Below are positions 53,190 through 64,000 of a DNA stretch of 64,000 nucleotides, piece by piece (the first letter of the stretch is position 1; the number at the start of each line of letters is the position of its first letter). This DNA comes from Blasia pusilla (taxonomy: Eukaryota), in contig CM114271.1 in the NCBI GenBank assembly GCA_050084515.1, positions 45,694,001-45,758,000 on the forward strand, read 5' to 3'. A program made the translations under genes and the position numbers. A model generated the notes under the pieces. The model saw only the letters and a program-made list of their open reading frames with translations, did no database searches and was not told where the DNA came from.

Positions 53190-56100
53190 CACTAGTACAA
53201 AAACTCCCTCTAAATGACTTAGAAAAATGACTAGATGTTACTTAAACCGGGCATGTGTGACTAAGTAATTACTTAACCAGACTCTAGTAATAAAAATTAC
53301 TCCTATTCGTATAAGTTGTTACTAAAACCGAAGGTAGTCAAATCTAAGTCTCTTTTTTGTTACTCAACATAGTCACTAAATATGACTTGACCTAGTCAAT
53401 TTTTTATGACTAGACAAGTCATAAAGAATGACTTTTCTAGTCATAAAGAATGATTGGACGAGTAATAAAGAATGTCTAGAAGAGTCATTAGGACTGACAA
53501 GACGATTCATTAAGAATAACTAGATTCATTAAGAATTGACTAGACGAGTCATTAATAATGACTAGGCGAGTCATAAAGAGTGACTTCTCACAATAATAAA
53601 TAATGACTTCATGCGTCATAAAAGAATAACTAAGAGTCATTAAAATGACTTGTCCATGTCATTTACAATCCTATTCACTAAAAATATCCAAATAACAACT
53701 ATACCAATCATTATGTATGACATATCGCATTATTGCTGACAAAAATATGTACATGAAATTGGCATTTTTGTCCATTTTGTATCCATGAATATGAATTACT
53801 CCTTCATACCTATCCTCCCTACATCTATCACTACTTCTCTTACATCCATGCAATGGAGATGCCATTATGTATCTATTGTACAGTCCTAATGCTACCAGCA
53901 TTGTGTTAAAACATACGAGCACATTACTCATATACCAACCCATCCATGTTGTAGCATCTGATCATATCACTTTTTCACAGTAAAAAAATCCTTATCTGTT
54001 GAAAGATACATCTAGCAAATGTTTCTTACATCCAATTTTGGCCATAAGTCCAAAGCTACAAAGTGTATCCATACATCCTGAAATGGAATATTTTCTTACG
54101 TCAAAAGAATGCCTAGTGAATTATAGTGAAAGATGGTCATCAATGGAAGAACACAAAATCTACTTCTCAGTGCAAACTCCCCCTCTAATATTCTCAAAAT
54201 TGAGACATCGAAATCCAAGTACATCTCAATTGTCACACTCAAAACTGAAACACAAACATCAAGTTCCTCTACTTATGAGCACAAAAGTTACAAGTATATG
54301 GAGATCGCCACACTCAAGAGGGATGTCAAAGGGAAGGTTTACTCAAAAATTATACACACAAAGCGAAGGTGCCCCTATTTCTGAGAAGGCATAACAAGAT
54401 GAGATGGCCATAACACTACACTATCAATGGCATCTCCAACATAAATCTATGGTGGATCGTCAGCTATATTTGGAAATGGCAATACATTTTTCTTCTTGCA
54501 GACCTCTCTCAAATGGAGAATACAATGCCCATCTGGAATGTCACGTTCTTGGAAAGTAGAACAACCATCATGCAAGTTGCCATAACCTACAACCACAGAG
54601 GGGTTCTCACGTGATATTAATTGCTGCAACGGAGGCACAACAGATTTCAACACCGGCTTGGTAGCTTCTCGGGTCCTCTTCCTAAGTGTCGCTCTTCTCA
54701 CCACCATTGGCTTTTGCAGAAGATCCAAATGATCCTATTCCATGGGTCCACCACTCCCCAACATCCTTGCACTATCTTCATTCTCCTCTGAAAATACCGT
54801 GGCCTCCAAATTGCATCTCCGCGATGTCCTCACTTAGCGTTTGCATACAATGGCCGGGGCCTCATCTGTGGTCTCTACAATCACAATCAACAAGAAACTT
54901 TAACTACCCTTTCAAACAGATCATGATTTTCAGCAACTTCAATGTAAAATGCACAAAATCACTCTAAACTCACATACCTAAACTCAAAGGGTCACCCACA
55001 AACACAGTAGCATTAACCTCTCTTGTGCCTCACTTTTTCTTTGGACCAGTTGGTGCAATCCCAAAAATTGTATCTAGTCCTCTTACTGTATGAACACCCT
55101 TGGCAACTTGTGGAAGGACTAGAGGCGAAGGCACAATAGTGATAAGCTCCGGAGAGGGTGCACTCTCCCTTGAAGGTGGTCCGGTGATTGGGTGAGGAGA
55201 GGATGCACTCAACGGCATAGAGGCAAGTGCTCCACTAGGAGCAGGGTCTCGATCATGAACTCCACGAGGAGAGGATACAACTCTTGGATTTTCCGATCTC
55301 TCCTTGGAACCCCTCATGTCCTCATGGTCCCTTCTCAAGCTCATGGAAATTAATTCCATCAACTTTGTGAAGTTCTCTTGTTGATTAGCAACAACAGTCT
55401 TTATGCTTGCCTCTAGCACGTCCAAGCTGCTGGAGAATGCATCCATGCGATCAATTATGTAAGTCATAGACTCGGGAAACAACTCCTCCATAGACTTTAA
55501 TCGGGCAGAGATCTCTGTTAGCTCAGATGTTCCTGGCACCTGAAATACAAGACTTGGATCTTAGTCTATATCAGTAGGCTTGTACTAGAAATACACTAGA
55601 TTCACTTCTACTCTAAAGCAACCAGATGCAAATACCTGCTTTGACACTCTACTTATACCATAACTCCTTTGGTTCTTTGCCTCCTCATGCACCTATGCCT
55701 TAGTAGGGGTTTTCCCCTTCTCTTTTCTCTACAACACATGTTACACCAACCAAGTTCAGTCTTCCAGACACCAATTGCCAAACTATATGCATGGTGGTAA
55801 TAGAAATTAAAGATGGGTCCTTCAATATTATTCATACCAAGTGCTTTGCAATTGGTGCATTCCCTTTTCTTCCTCGTTAGGTTTGATTGGTCACACTGCC
55901 GTGCTTTGGACATCTTCTCCCTCTTTGTCTTTGCACTCTCGCTCATGGAGTGCGTAAGTAATCTTCCCCATTGGTTGGGGTCTACATAAGGTGGTGGGGC
56001 CACTTTCTTGCCTCCTCCAGCTTCTTTCCATGTCTGACGCAATCTAAATCTCTCCGTCTTGAATATTCATTGTGCATATTCCTCCAAACATGGAACAGCC

Positions 56101-59100
56101 ACTCCATTGTTTCCAACATACTCCCATCTAGCAAAAATATCACTCAACACCGAATATTCCAATACCTTGAGTGTTGGTCTGAGAAATTCACAATGGAGAT
56201 GTCAAGCCATCGCAACACCTCGACTCTAAAATCTGCATGCCACCTATTCTTTCCTTCTGAAGTTGTGGTGATCCAACCAGAGTTGTTCACACCCACTTTT
56301 CCGACCTTCACCCCCTCGCCTTGCACACTTCTCTCAGTCAGTGAGTTTGGTGTGTATGTTGTTCCTACGCTTGCCCGTCGCAAGCCTAGAGTCGTAGAGT
56401 TTGCTGCACACATGAATATCTTCAGTCAAGACTACTGCCCACTTTGCAAATCTTTATGCCTACAAACAGACTCTATGCATCGATGTCAGGTCACTTAGTA
56501 ATTAGTAAAGACACGAGGAAGAAATTCTCCAAATAGGGATGATACTTCTCTATATATATGTGACTTGCTATTACCTGTAGCCTTTGTCATTTGCACTCCT
56601 TGAGTGGGTCCTAGCCCCAACCATTGAGGTTGTCCATACATTTTTTGAGTGCTATTATTGAGTCCATAAAGGTATTGGCTACTTCCAAACCAATCTTGAC
56701 TATTTGGCACCGCATGATAGGGTCCCTCGGTGTAGTTGGAGAATCCATCTTGCATAGAGTCTACACATGACATATATGTCGGTGTAGTATAGACACATCA
56801 CACAACCATCATCTAACGATGTATAATCAAAGAGAAATTTGAGATTGCAAATCGATACATTCGTACTATTCCACCCTTGCCTCGTTGGATAATATCCATT
56901 GTATAACGAACTTGGCTTGGAGTTCTATGCATAGGGTCCATCTCTACCGCCTTGAGACATGCTTGCCTGTCCCTCCCCACTATATTGTACACCCACTTGC
57001 TCTTTGAGAGGAATACAAATTTCAGGTACACGTCCGGGTGCAGCATCCCTTGCCCAAGTAGCTTGCCCCCCAACTGTCCCTTTCTGCCAATGCAATGCAA
57101 CCCACTAATTAGAGACAATTTCTTTCAAATGCCACTAACCTTGAAACACAATTGTAGACACACGTCCTGTCTAATTGAAATGGAGAAATTACCTGCTTCT
57201 TCTTTCCCCCAATAGTTGATGGACAAGGCTCCTTAGGAGCCGGAAGCTCATCTGAGCCTGATTGATCCTCTTCACCTAAGTCTCCAACAAACTCAGGATC
57301 ACAAGTGGAAGATTCTTCACCTCCAATGTAGCATCAATGTCACCAAAAGATTCTTCCATCGCTGCCAATACCTTTTCAAGCAATTGAGAGCTCCTCCGCT
57401 TCGGTCCAAGATGGAGAGGCTCCCTCTTTGCAGGTCGTGGGGCACGTACTTGCTTAGAACAAGCCTCCGCGCTGCACATGAGGACAAGTTTTTCAAGAAT
57501 ATGAATTATGCACAATGCTTCTGATTTATTCATAAAGGCCCAGACCTAAGTGCTCAATATGTCAAAGCTTACAATTCAACGCCTCTTTGTTTGAGTTCTT
57601 CCGCCAATTCCTTAAGGTATCTGTTCACATAAGCCGCGCGGGCCTCCACATTAAGTTCATCTACAATATGGATGTTGCCTTCCCATCTTTCTACCCTCAT
57701 CAATGGTACATACTGACTACCGACAACTGTGACCGGTTGAATCGTTCTATTGGGAGCTTCAAAAGCCCTATGTCCATCTAAACTGAACTCCAAAGTATTA
57801 CATGATACCCTATGATTCCTCGCCTACTTGTAGCACACTACTCGCCATTCGGGCGATTCTTCCATGTCTAGGAAGAAAGCTTGTTCAACCTGACTAGGGA
57901 ATACAAAAGGTTCAGACCATTCAGGTTGCATTTGCCTGAAGTTTGCTAGTAAGAATCCATCACTATCACGCTTCATTGTAGCCCTAGCCCCACGCCAATC
58001 TGGTCGCACCTAAGTCCCTTTCATGAGAATGATAGGATTGGATGTGTTCCCGTAGTCCAATTTCCAAAGGTCAGTTAGCTCTCCTATGTATCCCATTTGC
58101 ATCCATCCTCTATCTTGGTGATTGCTCATTTGCTCGAATAAAAATATCAACCCTGAATCATATGTGACAAAATGATCATCACTTTGATCTACCACACGGA
58201 AGTGGTTTCCATAGGCTTGCATTCTCTTGTAAGCTAAGATGGCCATTCGAGGTGGAGCAGACAGAAGGTAGACATCCCACTCCATATTTGGGTGTAGTGC
58301 TGAATGCTCTTGGATTGCCAATCGAATCCATTCAGTGAATGGTGGTAAGCCCCCCGCACCACCCCCAATATGTGCATTTTTCTCCATATTATATTTCATG
58401 TAGAGGTCATGCCATTATTAGTCGACTGGTATCTGGTGAGCTACGACATAAAAAAAATAAGGAAGCCAAATAAATGCAACAACACATAGGCTTGAGTCAT
58501 TCAACCCCTTACTTACCTCACCATGGTTGCATTACTCTAGTGTTTTGCAACACATATTCATGAGCCATCTACCAAATATTTTTCGGCAATTACAATGGGG
58601 AACCTCTGCCTTGAAGAACTTCACCTAACGTTCCCTCATCTTCCTCCGCTTGCCATATCCTGGCCTTCACATGTTCAAACCCCGCTATATACTCTATCAA
58701 ATATCCCAAGGTCTCGTGCGAAATGTAACCCATTGCCATGCTGGCCTCAGGCCTTTATCTTGTCAAGACGTGGTCTTTCAAGACTTTCATAAAATGCTCC
58801 AGTGGGAACATCCACCTCGTATAAATAGGCCCGTACTATCCAAGCTCTTCCACAACATGGATAACGAGATGACTCATGACATCAAAGAAGGCGGGAGGAA
58901 AATGGATCTCCAAATCGCAAAACAATTCTGCCACATCATCTTTGAGCTTGAGAAAGCTTGCTGGATCAAAGACCTTCACACATATATGACCAAACACCTT
59001 GCACAATTGCATGATTGCATTACGAATCGGCTTCTGCATCAATCCCCTTAAGCATACAGGCAGAATCTATTGCATAAGCACATGATAATCGTGTGTCTTC

Positions 59101-60467
59101 ATACTACCGAGTTTCTTGTTTTTTACATGCTTTTTAAAGGCAACTGCATAGCCGGTCGGAGCTCTCTAAGATTGAAGCCTCGAAAGAATTTTTTCCCACT
59201 CTATGTCTGTGCAAACATAAGGTGCCTGGTATTTCAATACCACATTGGGTATGGTCTCATCATCCTTCAACCACAACTGAGAACGTATTCTCCTCTCTTG
59301 GAGATCCAATCGCACCGTTGTTGTGTCCTTCTCCCCAGAAAGGAACCTCAATAGGCTCTCGCATACATTTTTCTCAATATGCATTACGTCTAGATTGTGT
59401 TTGCTAGGGTCGAACCCCTGTTAAACCACATATGACAACCATGAGTACAACTGGATGATACACGAGCCTCAATTCTTGAAAGCATCTAGTGTGGCAAATA
59501 ATAAACGTTGCGTAAGAGCAGATGGGTGACATAGATTACCCTCCAGTAGTCCAACTCCACATCAAGTATGCTCTTCCGTTTCACACCATATCTCTGTCTC
59601 GGATCCCGTTGAGCATTTGGAGCTTCTGTATCTTGGCATTCTAGTCCCCCCTCTAAACCCCCACCTGTGCCTCTTTCCATGTCGTACATGGTCTTTTGGT
59701 GTCCCCAATCGAGAATCTGCTCTTTAGTGACTCGTGGAGGTGGACCACGAAGCTCTCGGGCATTGTTGAATTGAACTATCTATGACGTCCTATATCTGTA
59801 AGGATGATCTAATGGGAGGAAACGTCGATGTCGAGTGTATTTCATGCTCCTCAAAGGTTTGGAATGCTCACGAGTGAAATTGGGGCCACATGCAGTACAA
59901 GCCAAATACCCCTTTGTTGCTTGACTAGAAATCATGTCGTGGGCTGGATAATCTCCCAAAGTCAATACCAATTGGGCTTGTAGCCTAAATGGGTTTGGTC
60001 TCCCAATCTGTTGTACCACATCATGGATCCAAATGCCTTTGTACCACAAGCGCTTCAACTCATCCACAAGAGGAGCTATCCAAACGTCTATATTCCTAGA
60101 AAGAGCAGATTGTGGGCCCGGGATTAGCAAAACCAATAAGACAAAAAACTTCTTAGTATTCAACCACGGAGGGAGGTTGTAATTTAGCATGGTTACAAGC
60201 CAGCAAGAATATACATTGTTCTTGTCTCCGAATGGATTGACTCCATCGGTCGAGAGGCCAAGTCTCACGTTCCTTGTCTCTCTTGCAAACTCTGGCCATC
60301 TCCGGTTGATGAATCTCCAATGTTCTGAATCTCCGATGTGCCGCTGCAGGCCATCGATACTCTTATTCTCGGATGTCCAAGTCATCAACTTTGAAATTTT
60401 TGGGCTCCTGTACATCCATTTCAATCTAGGAATGATTTCAAAATGTCGAAGTACCTTGGTAGGCTGC
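53190..60467 (-). mobile_element. CACTA (En/Spm) transposon, 3' portion
   Basis: TIR CACTAGTACAAAA at 53190-53202. Dense ~20-bp ATGACT/AGTCAT subterminal repeats to ~53670. Transposase genes read toward this end. Confidence 0.92.
54420..57533 (-). pseudogene. Second CACTA gene (TnpA/Ptta-like), spliced and decayed
   Basis: Downstream of the transposase inside the TIR. PPPYVDPNQWGRLLTHSMSESAKTKREKMSKAR resembles the plant En/Spm Transposase_24 region. Exon structure not resolved. Confidence 0.55.
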
Positions 60468-60469
60468 AT
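57560..60469 (-). pseudogene. CACTA transposase (Transposase_21/TnpD-like with DUF4218/DUF4216-like regions), N-terminus missing
   Basis: KVLRHFEIIPRL, RNVRLGLSTDGVNPF, NYNLPPW, LLIPGP, GDYPA, MHIEKNVCES, FPPAFFDVMSHLVIH and PFVFPSQVEQAFF. Introns and premature stops. Confidence 0.92.
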
Positions 60470-63400
60470 GGATACGGATCCCTAGACACTTCATTGTACC
60501 CAAATCTTGCATGCTAAATGCAAAACAACTCCTTTAACTCCCAAGGAACTGGTGTATCTGGCGTCGCTCTCCTCCTGTCAACTTAGGGCCCATATCTGGC
60601 TCCCAAGTTTCCATCGTGACTACGGTAGGACTCTCATGCGTGCGTGTTGGTTGTTGCTATGGTGCAACCCCATCTCGCACAACAGAACTCTCAACTCCAC
60701 GTGCAATTCCTGCAACCATGCTCGATGCTGTGACTACCATCTCCTGGCGTACTTGCAAAACATCCCAAGAAGTCCGAGGGTGTCTCTCCTGATCATCCCT
60801 AGTGTGTCAATCTCCTTGAATCTCGCCCCCAGTCACTGACTCAACCGTCTTGGTAGGCATTGGACTCACCAACGCAATAGCTATGATCCGTCGCATCCTC
60901 AAACGATGCTACTCACCTACGCTTAAGCTAAAAATCCAGGTCAAGAGTTCATGTCCATTGCGTGACCCAAGACATGACGTCGCAATGCCTCTGATAGTGA
61001 TGGTACTACCGTCACTCTTATGGGACTACCTCGTCCAACACTCGATTGGCCCTGACACGGCCAACCAACAATGACCAAATCTATGGCCCCTCCCTGCTCC
61101 AAGTCCTACGCTCCCAACAATGAAATATCCCTTGGTAGGGAACTATATTATCCCTCGACAAGGGATGCAGACAACAAGTAAGGAAAACGGAGACGTAACT
61201 ATGCCAAATGGTGAAGTGAAGCACGCATTGCAACATCATCAATCTCCATGTATATATACTGATGCACGCGCACTCCTACCTACAAAACAACAGCTAAACG
61301 AGTGCTGATCCCTCCAAAGAGATCCAACACCCGAATATCCTCCTTTGGAATGCGCCACACAATGGGTGTGGTATCCAAGGGCGTCATCATAGCACTCTCG
61401 GTTATCTCGGGTTTTTCTGACCCATTACGCTTTGGTGCAAACATCTCGCTCCACGCGGTCTGCACATGCTCACTGGCTAAGCATCAAAGCTCCTTCGTCG
61501 AGCCCCAAAGCGGCACCTCTCCTCCACGGACTGACCATCGCACCCCTCTCCATAACAATGTCAAGAATGAGAGTATCCTGTGCATGGACATGTCCCTCAA
61601 TCAAATCACTAGGCCAAATGATGGCGCTGCTAAATGCTGTTGAGGTTGCCATCTCTTATGGTTGGCGCTTCATCACTGCACTTGTGAATTGAACGGGTAA
61701 TGAGATAAGGCGCCCATCACCTGACTGCCATCTTGGTTTGTAGGATGCTGAATCCTCCTAGTAATCTAGGGGAAACCCCATCGGGTACAACACTGCTCCA
61801 CCAACCAAGACGTCGTAGGATTCTAGATCGGTCACTACCGCCTTGGCTCGCACCATGGACTCATCTATAGGGTGTCCGGGGAGAATCCTCACCACGACCT
61901 CACGTCGGGTGATATACTGTGTGGTACTCGCTATAACCAAGGATGTTGGTATCTGAAATGGACAACACTCCACATCGACCCTCATGAGGCCAAAACCTCT
62001 GAATGCCGCTTTCCCCAACATTAGGGGTTGCGCTCTTGAATCCAACAAGAAGCGTTGCAAACCAAAAGCTCTATCTCGTGGACTCACGAACTAGAAGACC
62101 TCTCCCCAACTTTACAGCAAAAAAAAACCAAGAGAAGCCATGGCACTCTCTATCATGGGTCTAGCGGGCATCTCTGCCATCCTTGCAGCCGCAGCCTACC
62201 ATGAATCTGACATGGATGGCCCAAGCATCAGCTCCAAGGGCAGGTCCAAGACCTCCTCTATAATCACCTCTAAACGTGATGCAGAACTCCAACTCCATGC
62301 TCACATCGCGTAGCAGCCAGCCGGAAAACCTTGACAGGCATACCTCCCAACGTCTTTACACTGGAAGCAAAAAGCAAAGGAGCGCGGTCCACAATACTGG
62401 CCACTCCTAACAACATGCTCGACACATGCTCCTCCTGAGCATCACCAATAGGAGTCGTTGCACTCCCTTCTCCCATTGCCCTACATGCCTGCACACCAAC
62501 AACATCACCAACTCTCCGAGAACTCTGATCAGGACCCATCGATGGGGTCCTCATCGCCTCGGACAACGTGAAGGACTGAGGAAGCCTCGTCTATTTCCTG
62601 GCTTCCCTTCGCTATGGTCCAACTCTGCGCTGCTCCACAAGTAATAATTGCATCGGCCTCCATGTGGGCAACCTCGCACATCCAACCAGGATCCTCCACA
62701 TCTCTCGCGGCTCCACAAGACGTCGATGCCATAGATTTGGCATCGGGTAACCTCAATGCCATAGCATCAATATCTTTCTTGAGATTTGTTTTATCGAGCA
62801 ACCATCCCGACCACATGCCTGGAATCCTCGACGCATCTAGGTGGTTGGACTCTACCTCCTCCATGGGCAACTCCACCATCCCCTTGGATGAATCCAACAC
62901 CTCGTCCCCCAATGGGACCACCTAGTGCACGACCTCTGGGCCCACCCTGACCGGGAACTCACTATGGTGCCCTTTCAGGCCCTCGATCTAGACGTAACTC
63001 AAGGTGCAAGCTGAAACACCTAGAGCATGTGTGATCGTACCTCGATAATAGTCACATTGATAACCTTATTATGCAAAGACCATCTCCTCCTCTATCCGAG
63101 GCACGCAACCATGACCCTCACGAGTGCACTCATGATGATGATGGGCTCCACCACATGACCAACAAATAATTGTAAGCGGCTGCTGTTAAGCCGCATATGA
63201 AGGTGCAGGTCTCTGTGGCATGGCCTCCCGATATCCTCCCCGATCTCCCTCGCACACGTGTCCACAGGGTTTGGTCCAACTTTGCGTACCATGACTGGAT
63301 AGCTTGAGCCTCTATCACCCCTTAGTGAAGTTAATCAACCAATGCAAGTGGGTGTAGGCCTCACGCAAACTCTCAGCCGGGCGCCTCTAGAAGTTGTGAA

Positions 63401-64000
63401 TGCTCCACAACTTCTTCGTCCGTACCCCGTGGTAGCTCGCCCTCAACTCAACGAAGAACTCAACCACGAGGTTGAACCAGGGACGAACTCGACCAGACGA
63501 TGCAAGTGCTCTAGTGCTAGTCAGCCATTGTACAACATCATTGGTGGAGGAACTCTCTCCTGACTCCTGCTCCTCACCTCGAAATGGCTCAATCCATGAC
63601 ACATAGTGTGGATCATAGTAGAGTCTCCATGCCTCAAGCTCATGGGCATATCTCTGCGAGAGCTTATGGTAGTCGTCCATGGGTGCCCCCTCTAAATGTT
63701 GGAACATTCGGTTCCATGCTGTAAATGGGTTGAACTCTCAGGAGTTCCTGGCCCATTGTGAGTCACACCAACTTCTAAACTCCTCAATGAAGTCGTGTAA
63801 CTCTATAGTGCCTATAGCACCCAAAAATCCACGCGGTCCTCTACCCCTCACTCAAGGAGTTATCCAAGAAAATTGGAAATTTCACTCACACCTTGGAACG
63901 GTGGCTATGGCAGCCCAACAAAAATGATCATAACTCCATGCTTCAATCTCCAAATCATGTATTTCTTCCATAACGTACACCACTTCCTGATCTACAACCT
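60468..64000 (-). mobile_element. 5' half of a Ty3/Gypsy element: gag, protease, C5-methyltransferase and pre-RT linker
   Basis: gag-like FQHLEGAPMDDYH. Protease FLLDSRAQPLMLGK...YDVLVGGAVLYPMGF (61758-62087). MTase motifs follow. Then CFAFSMQDLGTMKCLGIRIH (~60530-60468), typical of the segment just before Gypsy RT. Confidence 0.85.
60930..61345 (-). pseudogene. DNA (cytosine-5)-methyltransferase domain within Gypsy pol, internally deleted
   Basis: A single frame reads IRVLDLFGGIST (motif I), YIYMEIDD (II), PRDISLL (III), IDLVIVGWPCQG (IV, catalytic PC at 61055-61060), then P.RVTVVPSLSEALRRHVLGHAMDMN (IX/X-like). Four in-frame stops. Motifs VI-VIII are absent. Confidence 0.85.

Noticed and set aside
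60930-61345. Host DRM/DNMT3 gene or bacterial restriction-modification contamination
   Set aside because: The domain is flanked on both sides by same-strand Gypsy pol sequence, has no obvious introns or partner endonuclease, and is decayed like the surrounding TE.

Overview
Eukaryotic, intron-containing plant DNA, most like an early-diverging land plant such as a moss (inferred from the transposon families and gene structure, not proven). Most of the window is nested, decayed transposons: Ty3/Gypsy, Ty1/Copia, CACTA, Helitron and a ~330-bp satellite. These surround one malectin-like LRR receptor kinase gene (29444-36084) and its partial pseudogene copy. Two observations stand out. (1) A Ty3/Gypsy retrotransposon carries a C5 DNA-methyltransferase domain between protease and RT (motifs I-IV and IX-X readable at ~60930-61345, minus strand). 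The same family has a PHD finger at the integrase C-terminus and an unusual U5-LTR tandem end. (2) A single ~54-kb inversion (~6300 to ~60468), if undone, rejoins that element in frame, pairs two CACTA TIRs with a matching GAA target duplication, and rejoins a second Gypsy gag-pol. All translations and alignments were done by eye, so boundaries marked ~ are approximate.
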